Source of the DNA: Rickettsiales bacterium
Lineage (GTDB): Bacteria; Pseudomonadota; Alphaproteobacteria; Rickettsiales; UBA8987
Direction of reading: 5' to 3'
Length of the DNA: 64,000 nt
Assembly: GCA_020630095.1 (NCBI GenBank)
Contig: JAHDCD010000001.1
Coordinates: 133,698-197,697 of the forward strand
The notes under the pieces were generated by a model, which saw only the letters and a program-made list of their open reading frames with translations, searched no databases and was not told the origin of the DNA. The stretch's first letter is position 1, and each line of letters starts with the position of its first letter. Below, piece by piece: positions 30,154 through 40,900 of this stretch. The position numbers and the translations under genes were made by a program.

Positions 30154-31279
30154 GAAACTCTTACTAATAATAACGGGCTCTATTGCAAGTGTTAAGTGTT
30201 TTGAGCTTATATCTATTCTTAAAAAGAAAGGTGTGGATGTTACCTGCGTGCTTACAAAAGGCGGTGCGGAATTTATACAGCCGCTTAGTTTAGCCTCTTT
30301 AACGGGTAATAAAGTTTACTCGGATCTATTTGATTTAACTGATGAAACTGAGATGGGCCATATACGCTTAGCACGTGATTTTGATAAAATATTAGTGTGT
30401 CCTGCTTCGGCGGACTTTATGGCTAAGGTGGCTAACGGGCTTTGTAATGATTTAGCTTCAACTATTATATCTGCAACGGATACACCTGTTATATTTGCAC
30501 CGGCGATGAACGTTGAAATGTGGGCTAATAAGGCGAATAAGCGCAATATTGAGCAATTAAAGGAAGATGGTTTTGAGATAATTGAACCAGCATCTGGCGA
30601 GCTTGCATGCGGTGAATATGGTGCAGGTAGACTAGCAGAAATTAATGATATTATAGATTATTTACAAGGCGCTCAGCCATTATTAGGTAAGAAAGTTGTT
30701 ATTACTTATGGCGCAACGTTAGAGCCTTTGGATAATGTGCGCTATATATCTAATTATTCATCAGGTAAGCAAGGTTTGGCGATAATTGATTCATTAAAAA
30801 ATGCAGGTGCTGAGGTAATTGGAATTACTGGTGGGACTACGCAAGGCATGCATGATAAAGTTATGGAGTCACTTCCCGCAGATGTATTTATTTCATGTGC
30901 GGCGGTGTGCGATTATAAGCCTGAGAAGAAAATTGATGGTAAGATTAAAAAGACTGCTGAGAATCATTTGGATTTACGCTTAATTAAGAATCCGGATATT
31001 TTAAATAATGTTTCAAATAATTCAGGTGATAAACGCCCTGCTATTGTGGTTGGTTTTGCCGCGGAAGATGGTGATTTAGAAAAGAATGCGCTTGATAAAT
31101 ATGAGCGCAAAAATTGTGATATTTTAGTTGGTAACCATGTTAATGGTGGTAAAATTTTTGGTGCAGATGTTACGTCTGGTATAATTTTTAGCGATACTAA
31201 TAAGAATTTCGACAATATTACTAAAAAGCAACTAGCTGATTTACTTACAGAAGAGATATGTCAAAAAATTGGGAAATAG
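30152..31279 (+). CDS. coaBC: Bifunctional phosphopantothenoylcysteine decarboxylase/phosphopantothenate-cysteine ligase
   Basis: LLIITGSIASVKCFELI; APAMNVEMW; TYGATLEPLDNVRYISNYSSGKQG. Confidence 0.95.
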   Translation: MKLLLIITGSIASVKCFELISILKKKGVDVTCVLTKGGAEFIQPLSLASLTGNKVYSDLFDLTDETEMGHIRLARDFDKILVCPASADFMAKVANGLCNDLASTIISATDTPVIFAPAMNVEMWANKANKRNIEQLKEDGFEIIEPASGELACGEYGAGRLAEINDIIDYLQGAQPLLGKKVVITYGATLEPLDNVRYISNYSSGKQGLAIIDSLKNAGAEVIGITGGTTQGMHDKVMESLPADVFISCAAVCDYKPEKKIDGKIKKTAENHLDLRLIKNPDILNNVSNNSGDKRPAIVVGFAAEDGDLEKNALDKYERKNCDILVGNHVNGGKIFGADVTSGIIFSDTNKNFDNITKKQLADLLTEEICQKIGK

Positions 31280-32433
31280 AAACTAAGCAATTACGCTCTG
31301 GCTTAAACCGCACTAACCATGGTGAAACATCTGAAGCTATATTTTTAAACTCAGGCTTTTGCTATGATAATATTGAAACTGCAGAAGCACGCTTCGATGG
31401 CTCACAACCTGGTTTTGTATATTCGCGTTATAGCAACCCTACTCTACGCAGCTTAGAGGAGCGCTTAATTGAGTTGGAGGAAAGTGCTGAAGAGGCTTGT
31501 GTTGTAGGCTCAGGGATGGCGGCAGTTAATGCTGCTATATTAAGTAAGCTTAAGGCTGGTGATCATATAATTGCTTCGAAGGTTTTATTTGGTTCTTGTC
31601 ATTACATTATTAACGAGGTTTTGCCGCGCTTAGGTTTTGAAGTAACCTTGGTTGATGGTAAAAATTTAGATGAATGGGAGGCGGCATTTAAGCCTAATAC
31701 GTCTTTAGTATTTATTGAAACTCCTGCTAACCCTACGTTAGAACTTATTGATATTGAAGCCGTAGCAAATTTATGTAAAAAGAATGATGCCTTCTTTTTG
31801 GTGGATAATATTTTTGCAACTATGCTTTATCAAAAGCCGTTAACGCTTGGTGCAGATGCTGTTATATACTCACTTACTAAGCATATTGATGGTCAAGGTA
31901 GAACGCTTGGTGGAGTTGTGCTTGGTAGCAAAGAGTATATTCAAGAAACGGTTCTGCCATTTTATAGGCACACAGGCCCTGCCCTTTCGCCATTCAATGC
32001 GTGGGTGGTTTTAAAGGCACTTGAAACATTTAAACTTCGTGTTGATAAAATGACTGACAATGCTGAAGCTGTAGCAAATGCGCTGGCAAAATCAGATAAG
32101 ATTGAGAGGGTGATTTATCCATCGGCCAAGCATCATCCGCAAGCGGATATTGTAGAAAAGCAAATGGAGCGCGGTTCTAATATGATTGCCTTCTATGTTA
32201 AAGGTGGTAAGGAAGCTGCATTTAAGTTTGTAAATAACTTGCAGGTTATTGATATATCTAATAATTTAGGTGATGCGCGTTCATTAATTACCCACCCTGC
32301 AACTACTACGCACTCTAACATTCCAGAAGCTGATAGAAACGCTATAGGAATAACAGGTTCATTATTGCGCCTTTCAGTTGGCTTAGAAAATGCTGATGAT
32401 CTAGTTAAAGATATTGAAAAGGCCCTACTCTAA
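31258..32433 (+). CDS. metZ: O-succinylhomoserine sulfhydrylase (Cys/Met metabolism PLP enzyme)
   Basis: YSRYSNPTLRSLEERLIELE; SLTKHIDGQGRTLGG; ARSLITHPATTTHS. Confidence 0.88.
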   Translation: MSKNWEIETKQLRSGLNRTNHGETSEAIFLNSGFCYDNIETAEARFDGSQPGFVYSRYSNPTLRSLEERLIELEESAEEACVVGSGMAAVNAAILSKLKAGDHIIASKVLFGSCHYIINEVLPRLGFEVTLVDGKNLDEWEAAFKPNTSLVFIETPANPTLELIDIEAVANLCKKNDAFFLVDNIFATMLYQKPLTLGADAVIYSLTKHIDGQGRTLGGVVLGSKEYIQETVLPFYRHTGPALSPFNAWVVLKALETFKLRVDKMTDNAEAVANALAKSDKIERVIYPSAKHHPQADIVEKQMERGSNMIAFYVKGGKEAAFKFVNNLQVIDISNNLGDARSLITHPATTTHSNIPEADRNAIGITGSLLRLSVGLENADDLVKDIEKALL

Positions 32434-33075
32434 AATTTCGGTAGGAGCTTCGATGATATCTTGAGCAATAGCCTCAATAGCTTCTTGAGTGGGCTCAATA
32501 TTAGCGCTTTCAGTTTGTTTCATTTCAAAAGTAAGAGGGTCAATATAAACAGTTGGTTCTTCTTTTACTTCACTTATAATTGCACCAGATTGAATTTCTT
32601 CAACGATCTCAACTTTTGGCTTTGTAGTTTTTTGTGATACACCTTCAAAGAAAGAGTGGAATTCATCGTTTGTAAAGCAACCTTCTTTTCCTATGTGGAA
32701 TGCGCAGGTAAGAGTTACAGTTGTACCTTCATGTGCAATATCTTTACCTTCAGGGTTAATTACATTGCGTAAAACTATAAGGTCAATCTTATCATCTAAG
32801 TAAATGCGTTTACGGCTGAATTTTGAAATTGTGCTACGGATTTTATTTAAACCGAATGAGTTATAAGTGGTAAAACCTTTAGCGTCCGTGCTTAAGAAGC
32901 TATCAAAATCAATTTCAACTTCGGTATCTAATTTTGCATATTTCTTTGCAGAGCTTTTAAATTGAGAGATACGTTTTTCAGCATCTGGTCCTGTTAAGCG
33001 TTCAATTTCTGAATCTGAAATTGCATGAGCTGATGTTGCGATTGATAATATTAAAATTGATATTAGTTTTTTCAT
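32425..33075 (-). CDS. Secreted hypothetical protein
   Basis: Signal peptide [18 protein letters not shown]; 216 aa. Confidence 0.6.
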   Translation of the reverse strand: MKKLISILILSIATSAHAISDSEIERLTGPDAEKRISQFKSSAKKYAKLDTEVEIDFDSFLSTDAKGFTTYNSFGLNKIRSTISKFSRKRIYLDDKIDLIVLRNVINPEGKDIAHEGTTVTLTCAFHIGKEGCFTNDEFHSFFEGVSQKTTKPKVEIVEEIQSGAIISEVKEEPTVYIDPLTFEMKQTESANIEPTQEAIEAIAQDIIEAPTEILE

Positions 33076-36000
33076 AGCTCTTTTATTACTTCGTTAAGAT
33101 AGTTAACCCTTTCATCAGTATTTAAAGATTTGGCGGTATATTCAACAAAAACCTTTTGATCTGGGTGGATTTTTAATTTAAAATTATCATTTCCGCCAGC
33201 TAATTGCATAATTTTAACAGGGTCTTTGGGGGTATCTTCATGGAATCTTATTAAAATTCCTTTTTCTGATAGGGTAACTTTGTCGATGTTATGCTTGTAG
33301 CATTCTCTTTTTATTTCAATGGTTTTAAGTAGGTAGTTAACCTCTGCTGGTAAACTGCCGAACCTGTCAACTAGCTCAATGCGCATATTTTCTATTTCTT
33401 CTATAGTCTCTAAATTGGCAATTTTTCTATATAGACTTAAACGAAGGGTTAAATCTTCGATAAAATCTTGTGGAATCATAACTGAAGCGCCAATATTTAT
33501 ATCAGGCACGTAGTCATGATCGTTAGATTGCTCTTCTTTATTAAGTTGAATATTTTGAATCGCTTCGCGCAGCATCTGTTGATAAAGCTCAATACCAACC
33601 TCTTTAACATTACCAGATTGCTCATCGCCTAGTAAGTTACCGAAGCCACGGATATCCATGTCGTGCGAGGCTAAAGTGAAACCGGCGCCAAGAGTGTCCA
33701 TTTTTTGCATAACCTCTAAGCGCTTCAAGGCATTTTCGGTTATTTTCTTGCGTGTTGGTAATGTTAAATATGCGAATGCGCGGGTTTTGCTACGCCCTAC
33801 TCGCCCTCTAATTTGATATAACTGCGCAAGGCCGTACATATCCGCCTTGTGGATGATAATTGTATTTGCAGATGGGATATCAATACCAGATTCAATAATG
33901 GTAGTGGATAATAGAATATCATAGCCACCATCGTGGAATTTATTCATTATATCATCAAGCTCGGTAGAGCCCATTTGTCCATGAGCGCGGGCGAACTTTA
34001 ATTCAGGTAATTCTTCTTTTAAGAAGGTTTCGATATCATCAAGATCAGAAATTCTAGGTGCAACATAGAAGCTTTTTCCGCCCCTGTAATATTCGCGCAT
34101 TAGTGCTTCTTTGATAATTAATTTATCGAACGGCATTACGAAGGTTCTTATAGGTAGTCTATCAACTGGTGCGGTGGCAAGTAATGAAAGCTCACGTATG
34201 CCAGCTAAAGATAATTGTAATGTACGTGGTATTGGGGTTGCACTCATTGCCAATACATGACACTCTGCACGGAATTCTTTTAAGCGTTCTTTTTGTTTTA
34301 CGCCAAAACGTTGTTCTTCATCAATAATTACTAGGCCAAGATTTTTAAATTCTACATCTTTTGCAAGTAGTGCATGCGTGCCGATAACGATATCTACTTC
34401 GCCACGGGTTATAGCTTCCTTGGTGGCTTTAAGTTCTTTTGCGGTAACTAACCTTGAAAGTACGCCAATTTTTATTCCTAGCCCGTCAAAACGTTCTTTG
34501 AAGTTTAAAAAGTGCTGACGTGCTAATAATGTTGTTGGTGCAATTAGGCATACTTGCGCTTTATTTGAAGCAAATACAATGGCTGCTGCGCCACGCATAG
34601 CAACTTCAGTTTTACCAAAGCCAACATCACCACAGATTAACCTATCCATTGGTTTTCCTTGGGTTAAGTCATCTATTATGTCTTCTGCGGCGTTTAATTG
34701 GTCTTCCGTTTCGGAATATGGGAATTTTTCAATAAACTGATTATATAATTCAGGCTCAGGGTTAAATACTGGCGCGGTACGAGTTGCGCGTTTTGCGGCA
34801 ATAATAAGTAAGGCATCGGCAATTTGTTTAATGCGCTTCTTTAATTTAGATGTTCTATTTTGCCAGTTGGCAGAGCCTAACCTATCTAGTTCAACGCCAT
34901 CTTCTGAGCCGAAGCGTTTAATGGTGTCTATATTTTCTACTGGTACATAGAATTTATCTCCGCCGTAATATTCTAAGTATATGAAGTCGTGCGTTAAACC
35001 GCCAACTTCCATTGTTTCTAATGATATAAAGCGCCCTATTCCATGGTCTTTATGAACTACTAATTCATTTGGTGTTAAAGAGCCTGCTTCTTGGATGAAT
35101 TTTCTATTGTTGCGCTTTTTAGTGGTAATGCGTGAAGCTTTTTCGCCTATTAAATCTTTTTCAGAAACTATAAAAATATCATTGCTAGAAAAGCCATGTT
35201 CTAATGGAAATATGCCTAGTCCAACTTTGCCATCTTTACGTTTTAATTTTGAGGTATCGTTAATATCTTCAATGTTCGTATGAGCAATATCGAACTGGTT
35301 TAATAAGGTAGATATGCGCTCTTTTGTGCCATTGGAGTTACAGGCTATAATGGAATTTTTAGTTTTAAGGTCTTGGGCGATATCAGAATAAAATAGCTCA
35401 AATGCATGTACACCTTTTGCTTTGGATAGGTTGAAATAATCTGGCGCAGTCTTTAATTCGTCATTGCGAGCGTTAGCGAAGCAATCCAGTGATCGCTGTT
35501 CTTGGCTAGATTTCTGGATTGCTTCGTCACTTTGTTCCTCGCAATGACTTGTTAAATTATATAACTCATCTGCTGGTAGTGGATTATATTTTGATTCAAA
35601 CATTCCTTTTGAGGCTGTTTCGGCATCAAAACTGCGAGATTCAAAGTAATCTTTTATTTGTTCGGTACGTTCGGCGATAGATTGTTCAACGAATGGCGAG
35701 AAATAAACAGGGGCATCAATATAATCTGTTATGCTTGCCATGCCGTTATAGAATAATGGTAACCAATGTTCAAAGCCGGCATATTTGCGCCCTTCGGATA
35801 TTGCTTCAAACAGGCTGTCGTCTGATGTTACGGCAAAAGCTTCGCGATAATTAGTTTTGAAGTTTTCTATATTTTCTTCTCTAAATAATGCTTCAGAGGC
35901 GGGTATTATTTCTAAGCTATCAAGTTTAGAGTTTGGTGTAGTTATTTGAGTTATAAGGTCAAATTGACGTATAGATTCTAAGTTGTCGCCGAAGAAATCT

Positions 36001-36506
36001 AAGCGAAACCCTGTTTCAGAGCCCATAGGTACAATATCTATAATTGAGCCGCGTAAGGCAAATTCGCCATTGTCAGATGCTGTGCCAGTATTGATATAGC
36101 CGTTATCAACTAAGAATCTGGAGAACTCGTTATGGTTTATTACATCGCCTAAATTTAAGATTTTAGTTGCAGATTGTATTGCATCTACAGGTGGAAGCTT
36201 TTGTGTGTAAGCATTAACTGAGGTTATAACTAATTTACTTTTATTCTTAGAATTAATGATACTAGAAAGGGCTTTTAAGCGCTTGGATATAATATCATTT
36301 GAAGGTGAAATACGATCGTAGGGAATGCAATCCCATGCTGGGATCGTAATAACATCATATTCTGGTAAGAAGAACTGAGCTTGCTTTGCAGCGAGTTCAG
36401 CTTTTGTATCGTCAAGGCATACTAATATTGCTGACTCTGAAGATTTTATAGAGTTTTTTGTAATAAAAGTTGCAGGCGCAACGGAATTATTTATATTAAT
36501 AAGCAA
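33072..36506 (-). CDS. mfd: Transcription-repair coupling factor carrying an in-frame palindromic element
   Basis: [39 protein letters not shown]; the insert encodes [31 protein letters not shown]. Confidence 0.97.
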   Translation of the reverse strand: MLININNSVAPATFITKNSIKSSESAILVCLDDTKAELAAKQAQFFLPEYDVITIPAWDCIPYDRISPSNDIISKRLKALSSIINSKNKSKLVITSVNAYTQKLPPVDAIQSATKILNLGDVINHNEFSRFLVDNGYINTGTASDNGEFALRGSIIDIVPMGSETGFRLDFFGDNLESIRQFDLITQITTPNSKLDSLEIIPASEALFREENIENFKTNYREAFAVTSDDSLFEAISEGRKYAGFEHWLPLFYNGMASITDYIDAPVYFSPFVEQSIAERTEQIKDYFESRSFDAETASKGMFESKYNPLPADELYNLTSHCEEQSDEAIQKSSQEQRSLDCFANARNDELKTAPDYFNLSKAKGVHAFELFYSDIAQDLKTKNSIIACNSNGTKERISTLLNQFDIAHTNIEDINDTSKLKRKDGKVGLGIFPLEHGFSSNDIFIVSEKDLIGEKASRITTKKRNNRKFIQEAGSLTPNELVVHKDHGIGRFISLETMEVGGLTHDFIYLEYYGGDKFYVPVENIDTIKRFGSEDGVELDRLGSANWQNRTSKLKKRIKQIADALLIIAAKRATRTAPVFNPEPELYNQFIEKFPYSETEDQLNAAEDIIDDLTQGKPMDRLICGDVGFGKTEVAMRGAAAIVFASNKAQVCLIAPTTLLARQHFLNFKERFDGLGIKIGVLSRLVTAKELKATKEAITRGEVDIVIGTHALLAKDVEFKNLGLVIIDEEQRFGVKQKERLKEFRAECHVLAMSATPIPRTLQLSLAGIRELSLLATAPVDRLPIRTFVMPFDKLIIKEALMREYYRGGKSFYVAPRISDLDDIETFLKEELPELKFARAHGQMGSTELDDIMNKFHDGGYDILLSTTIIESGIDIPSANTIIIHKADMYGLAQLYQIRGRVGRSKTRAFAYLTLPTRKKITENALKRLEVMQKMDTLGAGFTLASHDMDIRGFGNLLGDEQSGNVKEVGIELYQQMLREAIQNIQLNKEEQSNDHDYVPDINIGASVMIPQDFIEDLTLRLSLYRKIANLETIEEIENMRIELVDRFGSLPAEVNYLLKTIEIKRECYKHNIDKVTLSEKGILIRFHEDTPKDPVKIMQLAGGNDNFKLKIHPDQKVFVEYTAKSLNTDERVNYLNEVIKEL
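35460..35548. repeat. Palindromic element (~89 bp) inside mfd
   Basis: Ends GTCATTGCGAG / CTCGCAATGAC; inner arms GAAGCAATCCAG / CTGGATTGCTTC. Confidence 0.93.
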
Positions 36507-36530
36507 TTATAGACGGGAGTCTTTTAAAAC

Positions 36531-37037
36531 ATGAGAACATTATTAGCAATTCTATTATTATCATTTTTCACGCCATTAGCTTCTGCTCAAGAAAATTTAG
36601 AGTCTAAAGAGTGGCAAGATTACATGGTGGTTGAAAACCAAGAAGGTGAATTCCAAAATTTAGCATATGAATATGCGGACAAAAATATTCTTTTATTTTT
36701 CTGGGCGGAATGGTGTCATTACTGTCGTAAAACATTACCTTCAATTAATAGGTTAGCTAAAGAGTTTGAAGCGAAATACCCTAACTTTATCGTTATGCCT
36801 GTATCTATTAGTCAAAAAGGTATTGGGCCAGCTAAAAAGTACTTTAAAAGAAATGGTTTTAATAATTTAAAGCCTTACCACGATACTAACAATGCGCTAT
36901 TTGCGCGTTATGGTGGTAGAGGTGTGCCTTACGCGGCGCTACTTTCTAAAGGTAAGTTAATTCAAAAGATTTCTGGTCAGCAAGATTATGATGGTTCAGT
37001 TATGCGTGAATTAATCGCAAATATTGCTAAAAAGTAA
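36531..37037 (+). CDS. Thioredoxin-like TlpA/ResA-family protein
   Basis: Signal peptide; LLFFWAEWCHYCRKTLPSINRLA. Confidence 0.88.
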   Translation: MRTLLAILLLSFFTPLASAQENLESKEWQDYMVVENQEGEFQNLAYEYADKNILLFFWAEWCHYCRKTLPSINRLAKEFEAKYPNFIVMPVSISQKGIGPAKKYFKRNGFNNLKPYHDTNNALFARYGGRGVPYAALLSKGKLIQKISGQQDYDGSVMRELIANIAKK

Positions 37038-37060
37038 TCTTCATATTATAATGCTCGCAA

Positions 37061-37942
37061 ATGAGCAATCAGTATAAAATTATAGCGTTCTACAAGTTTG
37101 TAGAAATTTTAAATTATGAAGAATTTAAAGAGCCTATTAAGGCGGCTATGGTTGAGCGTGGAATCAAAGGTACAATCCTTTTAGCGCGTGAAGGTGTTAA
37201 TGCTACTATTGCGGGTTCATCGGCTGAAGTGGATGATTTCTGGGAGTTCCTTAGTAATTTTGATGAACGCTTGGATGGCGGTTATAATTTTAAAACATCA
37301 TATTCAGAATTTCAGCCATTTGAGCGTACTAAAGTTCGTTTGAAGAAGGAAATTGTGCGCATGGGTTTAGAGAATTTGCCAGTTAAGTCTGGTGAGTATT
37401 TAAAGGGAGAAGATTGGGATAATATGATTATGAAGCCTGAAACTATCACCATTGACACGCGCAATGATTACGAGGTTATGATGGGTAGTTTTGAAGGGGC
37501 GGTTAATCCTGAAACTAAAGACTTTAGGTCTTTCCCGAAATGGGCGGATGACCATTTGAAAGATACCCCTAAGGATACGCCAATTGCGATGTTTTGCACT
37601 GGTGGTATTAGGTGCGAGAAGTCTACATCTTATTTAAAGCATAAAGGTTTTAAAAATGTGTACCATTTAGATGGTGGTATTTTGCAATATCTTGAAGATA
37701 AGCGCGATGAAGGCAAAGAGCATTTATGGAATGGCGATTGCTTTGTATTTGATGACAGGGTTGCCGTTAACGAAAGTTTAGAGCCTTCCCCTGCTCCGTT
37801 ATGTAAAGATTGCGGTCAGCCGGTTACGGGTGATGATATTCGTTGGGGCGATGTTGAACTACGTAAAGAAAGGCATAATCAGAAGGGTATGGTTTGCTTA
37901 CAATGTGCACCTGAATTATACTTGAAGAAGGAATCTAGTTAA
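37061..37942 (+). CDS. trhO: tRNA uridine(34) hydroxylase / rhodanese-like protein
   Basis: VEILNYEEFKEPIKAAMVERGIKGTILLAREGVNATIAGS; MFCTGGIRCEKSTSYL. Confidence 0.93.
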   Translation: MSNQYKIIAFYKFVEILNYEEFKEPIKAAMVERGIKGTILLAREGVNATIAGSSAEVDDFWEFLSNFDERLDGGYNFKTSYSEFQPFERTKVRLKKEIVRMGLENLPVKSGEYLKGEDWDNMIMKPETITIDTRNDYEVMMGSFEGAVNPETKDFRSFPKWADDHLKDTPKDTPIAMFCTGGIRCEKSTSYLKHKGFKNVYHLDGGILQYLEDKRDEGKEHLWNGDCFVFDDRVAVNESLEPSPAPLCKDCGQPVTGDDIRWGDVELRKERHNQKGMVCLQCAPELYLKKESS

Positions 37943-39019
37943 TGTCTATTGATCTATATAAATCACAAATTGAAGAGGCTTTAGCTATGCTAGAGCAGTA
38001 TCTTTGACCTTGATAAATTAAATACAGAGTTTGCTGAGTTAGAGCAAAAAGCTAATGCACCAACTTTGTGGGATAACCCTACTGAAGCGCAAAAAATTAT
38101 GCTTAAAAAATCTGCTATAGAAAAGCAGATAAATTCTATAACGGATATCAAGCAAGGCTTGAATGATTACATTGAACTTACTGAAATTGCTGAAGGTGAT
38201 GAGCTAAAAGAGATTGAGGAATCTTTGAGCGATTTAGCTATTGAAGCTAATAAGGCAAAGATTGAAGCTTTATTTTCAGGCGAAGCTGATTCAAGCGATT
38301 GCTTTATTGAGATTCATGCAGGTGCAGGCGGTACAGAAAGTTGCGATTGGGCAGAAATGCTGTTGAGGCAATATTTACGTTGGTGTGAAAAGCATGAGTT
38401 TAAAACGGAAATTATAGATGAGCTTGTAGGCGATGAAGCTGGTATAAAATCGGTAACATTTTCTGCATCAGGTTTTAATGCCTATGGCTGGGCTAAAACG
38501 GAAAGTGGAGTACATCGGCTAGTACGCATAAGTCCGTTTGATAGTGCTGGTAAAAGGCATACATCGTTTGCATCTGTTTGGGTGTACCCAAAGATTGATG
38601 ATAATATCGAGATTGAAATTGATATGAGCGAGGTGCGCATTGATACTTATCGTGCATCTGGCGCGGGTGGTCAGCATGTTAATAAAACAGATTCCGCGGT
38701 GCGTTTAACGCATGAACCTACGGGTATTGTTGCGCAGTGTCAGAATGGTCGTTCACAGCATAAAAACAAGGCGGAGGCTATGCGTATTTTAAAGTCTCGT
38801 CTTTATGAGCTTGAGTTACGCAAACGTAATGAAGAAGCTGATGCCGCAAATGCCGATAAAACTGAAATTGGTTGGGGTAATCAGATACGCTCTTACGTTT
38901 TGCACCCGTATCAGATGGTTAAGGATTTACGCACTAAAGTTGAAACTGGTAATACATCTGCCGTACTAGATGGCGATTTGGACGAGTTTATTATGGCTAG
39001 CCTTTCTCAGAAGATTTAG
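37942..39019 (+). CDS. prfB: Peptide chain release factor 2 with programmed +1 frameshift at 38002-38008
   Basis: Short frame MSIDLYKSQIEEALAMLEQYL then CTT TGA C, continuing in +1 as DLDKLNTEFAELEQK...; RASGAGGQHVNKTDSAVRLTH. Confidence 0.96.
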
Positions 39020-40136
39020 ATTCATCTGTTAGTTTAGAATCTAGTTCTTTTGAGTATTTAACACCTAGGTTTTTTAATTTTTCTGCACGGGCTACAAGAT
39101 TACCCTTACCTGTGGAAAGTTGATTAATTGCCTTTTCATAAGATGTTCTGGCATTATCTAAGCCTTTCTCTACTCCTAAAATACTTTCGGAGAATAAAAC
39201 AAACTTATCGTACATGAAACCGGCTTGTTGCGCGATTTCCATAGCGTTCTTGTTTTGCTGGTCGATGCGCCAGAATGATGCGATAGTTTTTAGCGCTATC
39301 ATTAACGTTGATGGGCAAGTTATTGCGACTTTTTTATCCCATGCAAAGCTATGTAGGTCTTTATCAGTTTGCATAGCTAAGGAGTATGCACCTTCGATAG
39401 GTACAAACATTAATACAAAGTCTGGAGTGCCTTCCATGCCATCCGCTTCGGAATATTTTTTCTTTTCTAAGCCTTTAACCTGCTCCTTTAATGCTGTTAG
39501 AAAACTATTTAATTTAAGTTGTTGTTCTACGTCTGTTTCTACGGATGTATATTCTTCGTAGTGTTTTAAGTTAATTTTAGAATCTACGATAATATGCTTA
39601 TTCTCAGGTAGTTTAATAATAACGTCTGGTTTTAAATGACCACCGGTATCGGAATGTTTTAAACTCATATCCTCACCTTGGGTGATATAATCCTCGCCTT
39701 TGCGTAGGCCAGATTCTTCTAATATCTTCTCTAGTATAACCTCTCCCCAAGTACCCTGTACTTGAACATCACCTTTTAGCGCGGTGGTTAAGTCGCTAGC
39801 TTGTTTAGTTATTTTTTCGTTAGCTTTAATGATATTCTGTATCTCTCCTTTTAAGTGCATTACATCCTTGCCTTGAGTCTGGAAGGAGTCTTTTACTAAT
39901 TTATCAAAATCTTGAATGCGTTGGTTTAATGGCGTTAGCATTGCACCTAAGCGCTCGCCAGATATTTTATCTAGTGATTCAGATTTTTTATCTAATGATT
40001 TTTGAGCATATTGCTCAAGTTCTGAGCGGAATAAGGCGATTTGATTATCCGCTGAAAATGACTTTACGAAGTACCCGATAACTAGGCCAAGTATAAGGCA
40101 AATTACGGGAATTAATGTGGGTAAATATTCTTGCAT
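38997..40136 (-). CDS. rmuC: DNA recombination protein RmuC
   Basis: TWGEVILEKILEESGLRKGEDY; KPDVIIKLPENKHIIVDSKINLKHYEEY. Confidence 0.93.
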   Translation of the reverse strand: MQEYLPTLIPVICLILGLVIGYFVKSFSADNQIALFRSELEQYAQKSLDKKSESLDKISGERLGAMLTPLNQRIQDFDKLVKDSFQTQGKDVMHLKGEIQNIIKANEKITKQASDLTTALKGDVQVQGTWGEVILEKILEESGLRKGEDYITQGEDMSLKHSDTGGHLKPDVIIKLPENKHIIVDSKINLKHYEEYTSVETDVEQQLKLNSFLTALKEQVKGLEKKKYSEADGMEGTPDFVLMFVPIEGAYSLAMQTDKDLHSFAWDKKVAITCPSTLMIALKTIASFWRIDQQNKNAMEIAQQAGFMYDKFVLFSESILGVEKGLDNARTSYEKAINQLSTGKGNLVARAEKLKNLGVKYSKELDSKLTDESKSSEKG

Positions 40137-40210
40137 ATTTTTCTTAGAAGGTTATTCAAAGTTACAGGGTATTAAGTAAATATCCACTTAAAACAAACAG
40201 GAGTAAAATT

Positions 40211-40603
40211 ATGAAAAAATTATTTTTAGCATTAGTATTAACTACAGGTTTAGTATCTACAGCAGAAGCTAGAGACTTCAATGGTGATGGCATTATTACA
40301 GTTGAAGAGGCTAAACAATTCAGAGCAAATTATGACACTGATGGTGATGGCAAGCTTTCTAAAACTGAAAGAGCGCCTTTAAGAGAAAAAGCTAAGGAAA
40401 GACGTTCTGTAGTTAGAGATAAATTTGATGCAGATGGTTCTGGTAAGCTTAATAAAGAGGAGAGAAAAGCGGCTAGAGAATATAGAAAAGAAAACCGCCC
40501 TAAATTAAGCGATGAACTTAGAGAAAAAACTAAGGAAAGACGTGCTAAGCGTAAAGATAAACGAAAAGAACGCAGAGCTCAAAGGCGTGGTAATGTTAAC
40601 TAG
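40211..40603 (+). CDS. Secreted EF-hand protein with Lys/Arg-rich tail
   Basis: DFNGDGIITVEEAKQF, DTDGDGKLSKTE, DADGSGKLNKEE (three EF-hand loops). Confidence 0.85.
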   Translation: MKKLFLALVLTTGLVSTAEARDFNGDGIITVEEAKQFRANYDTDGDGKLSKTERAPLREKAKERRSVVRDKFDADGSGKLNKEERKAAREYRKENRPKLSDELREKTKERRAKRKDKRKERRAQRRGNVN

Positions 40604-40621
40604 TTTTAGTTAAATATATTT

Positions 40622-40648
40622 AAAAAGGCGGCTTATTAGTCGCCTTTT
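40622..40648 (+). terminator. Rho-independent terminator after the EF-hand gene
   Basis: AAAGGCG...CGCCTTTTT. Confidence 0.75.
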
Positions 40649-40900
40649 TTATTAAACCTAAACAAAGAGCAAAATATACGAGTGGTAACAATCTGTAGGA
40701 AAATCCTATTACTGTGTTGCGATGAATACCTGTTAAATTTGCTGTTGTACATGTAACTGCTTATTTCCTATAACTCTTTAAATACTGGTTCTTCACCATC
40801 AAAATTGCCTTCTAATAACCCTGAATGGAATTGGTTATTAGATGATTCCCAATTCTTCATCTCTGTTATAAATTAACCCTAAAACAACTTGTATTAGGTG

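Noticed and set aside
38066-39019. prfB as a truncated or frameshifted pseudogene
   Set aside because: The in-frame TGA sits in the classical CTT TGA C recoding context and the +1 frame continues with typical RF2 sequence.
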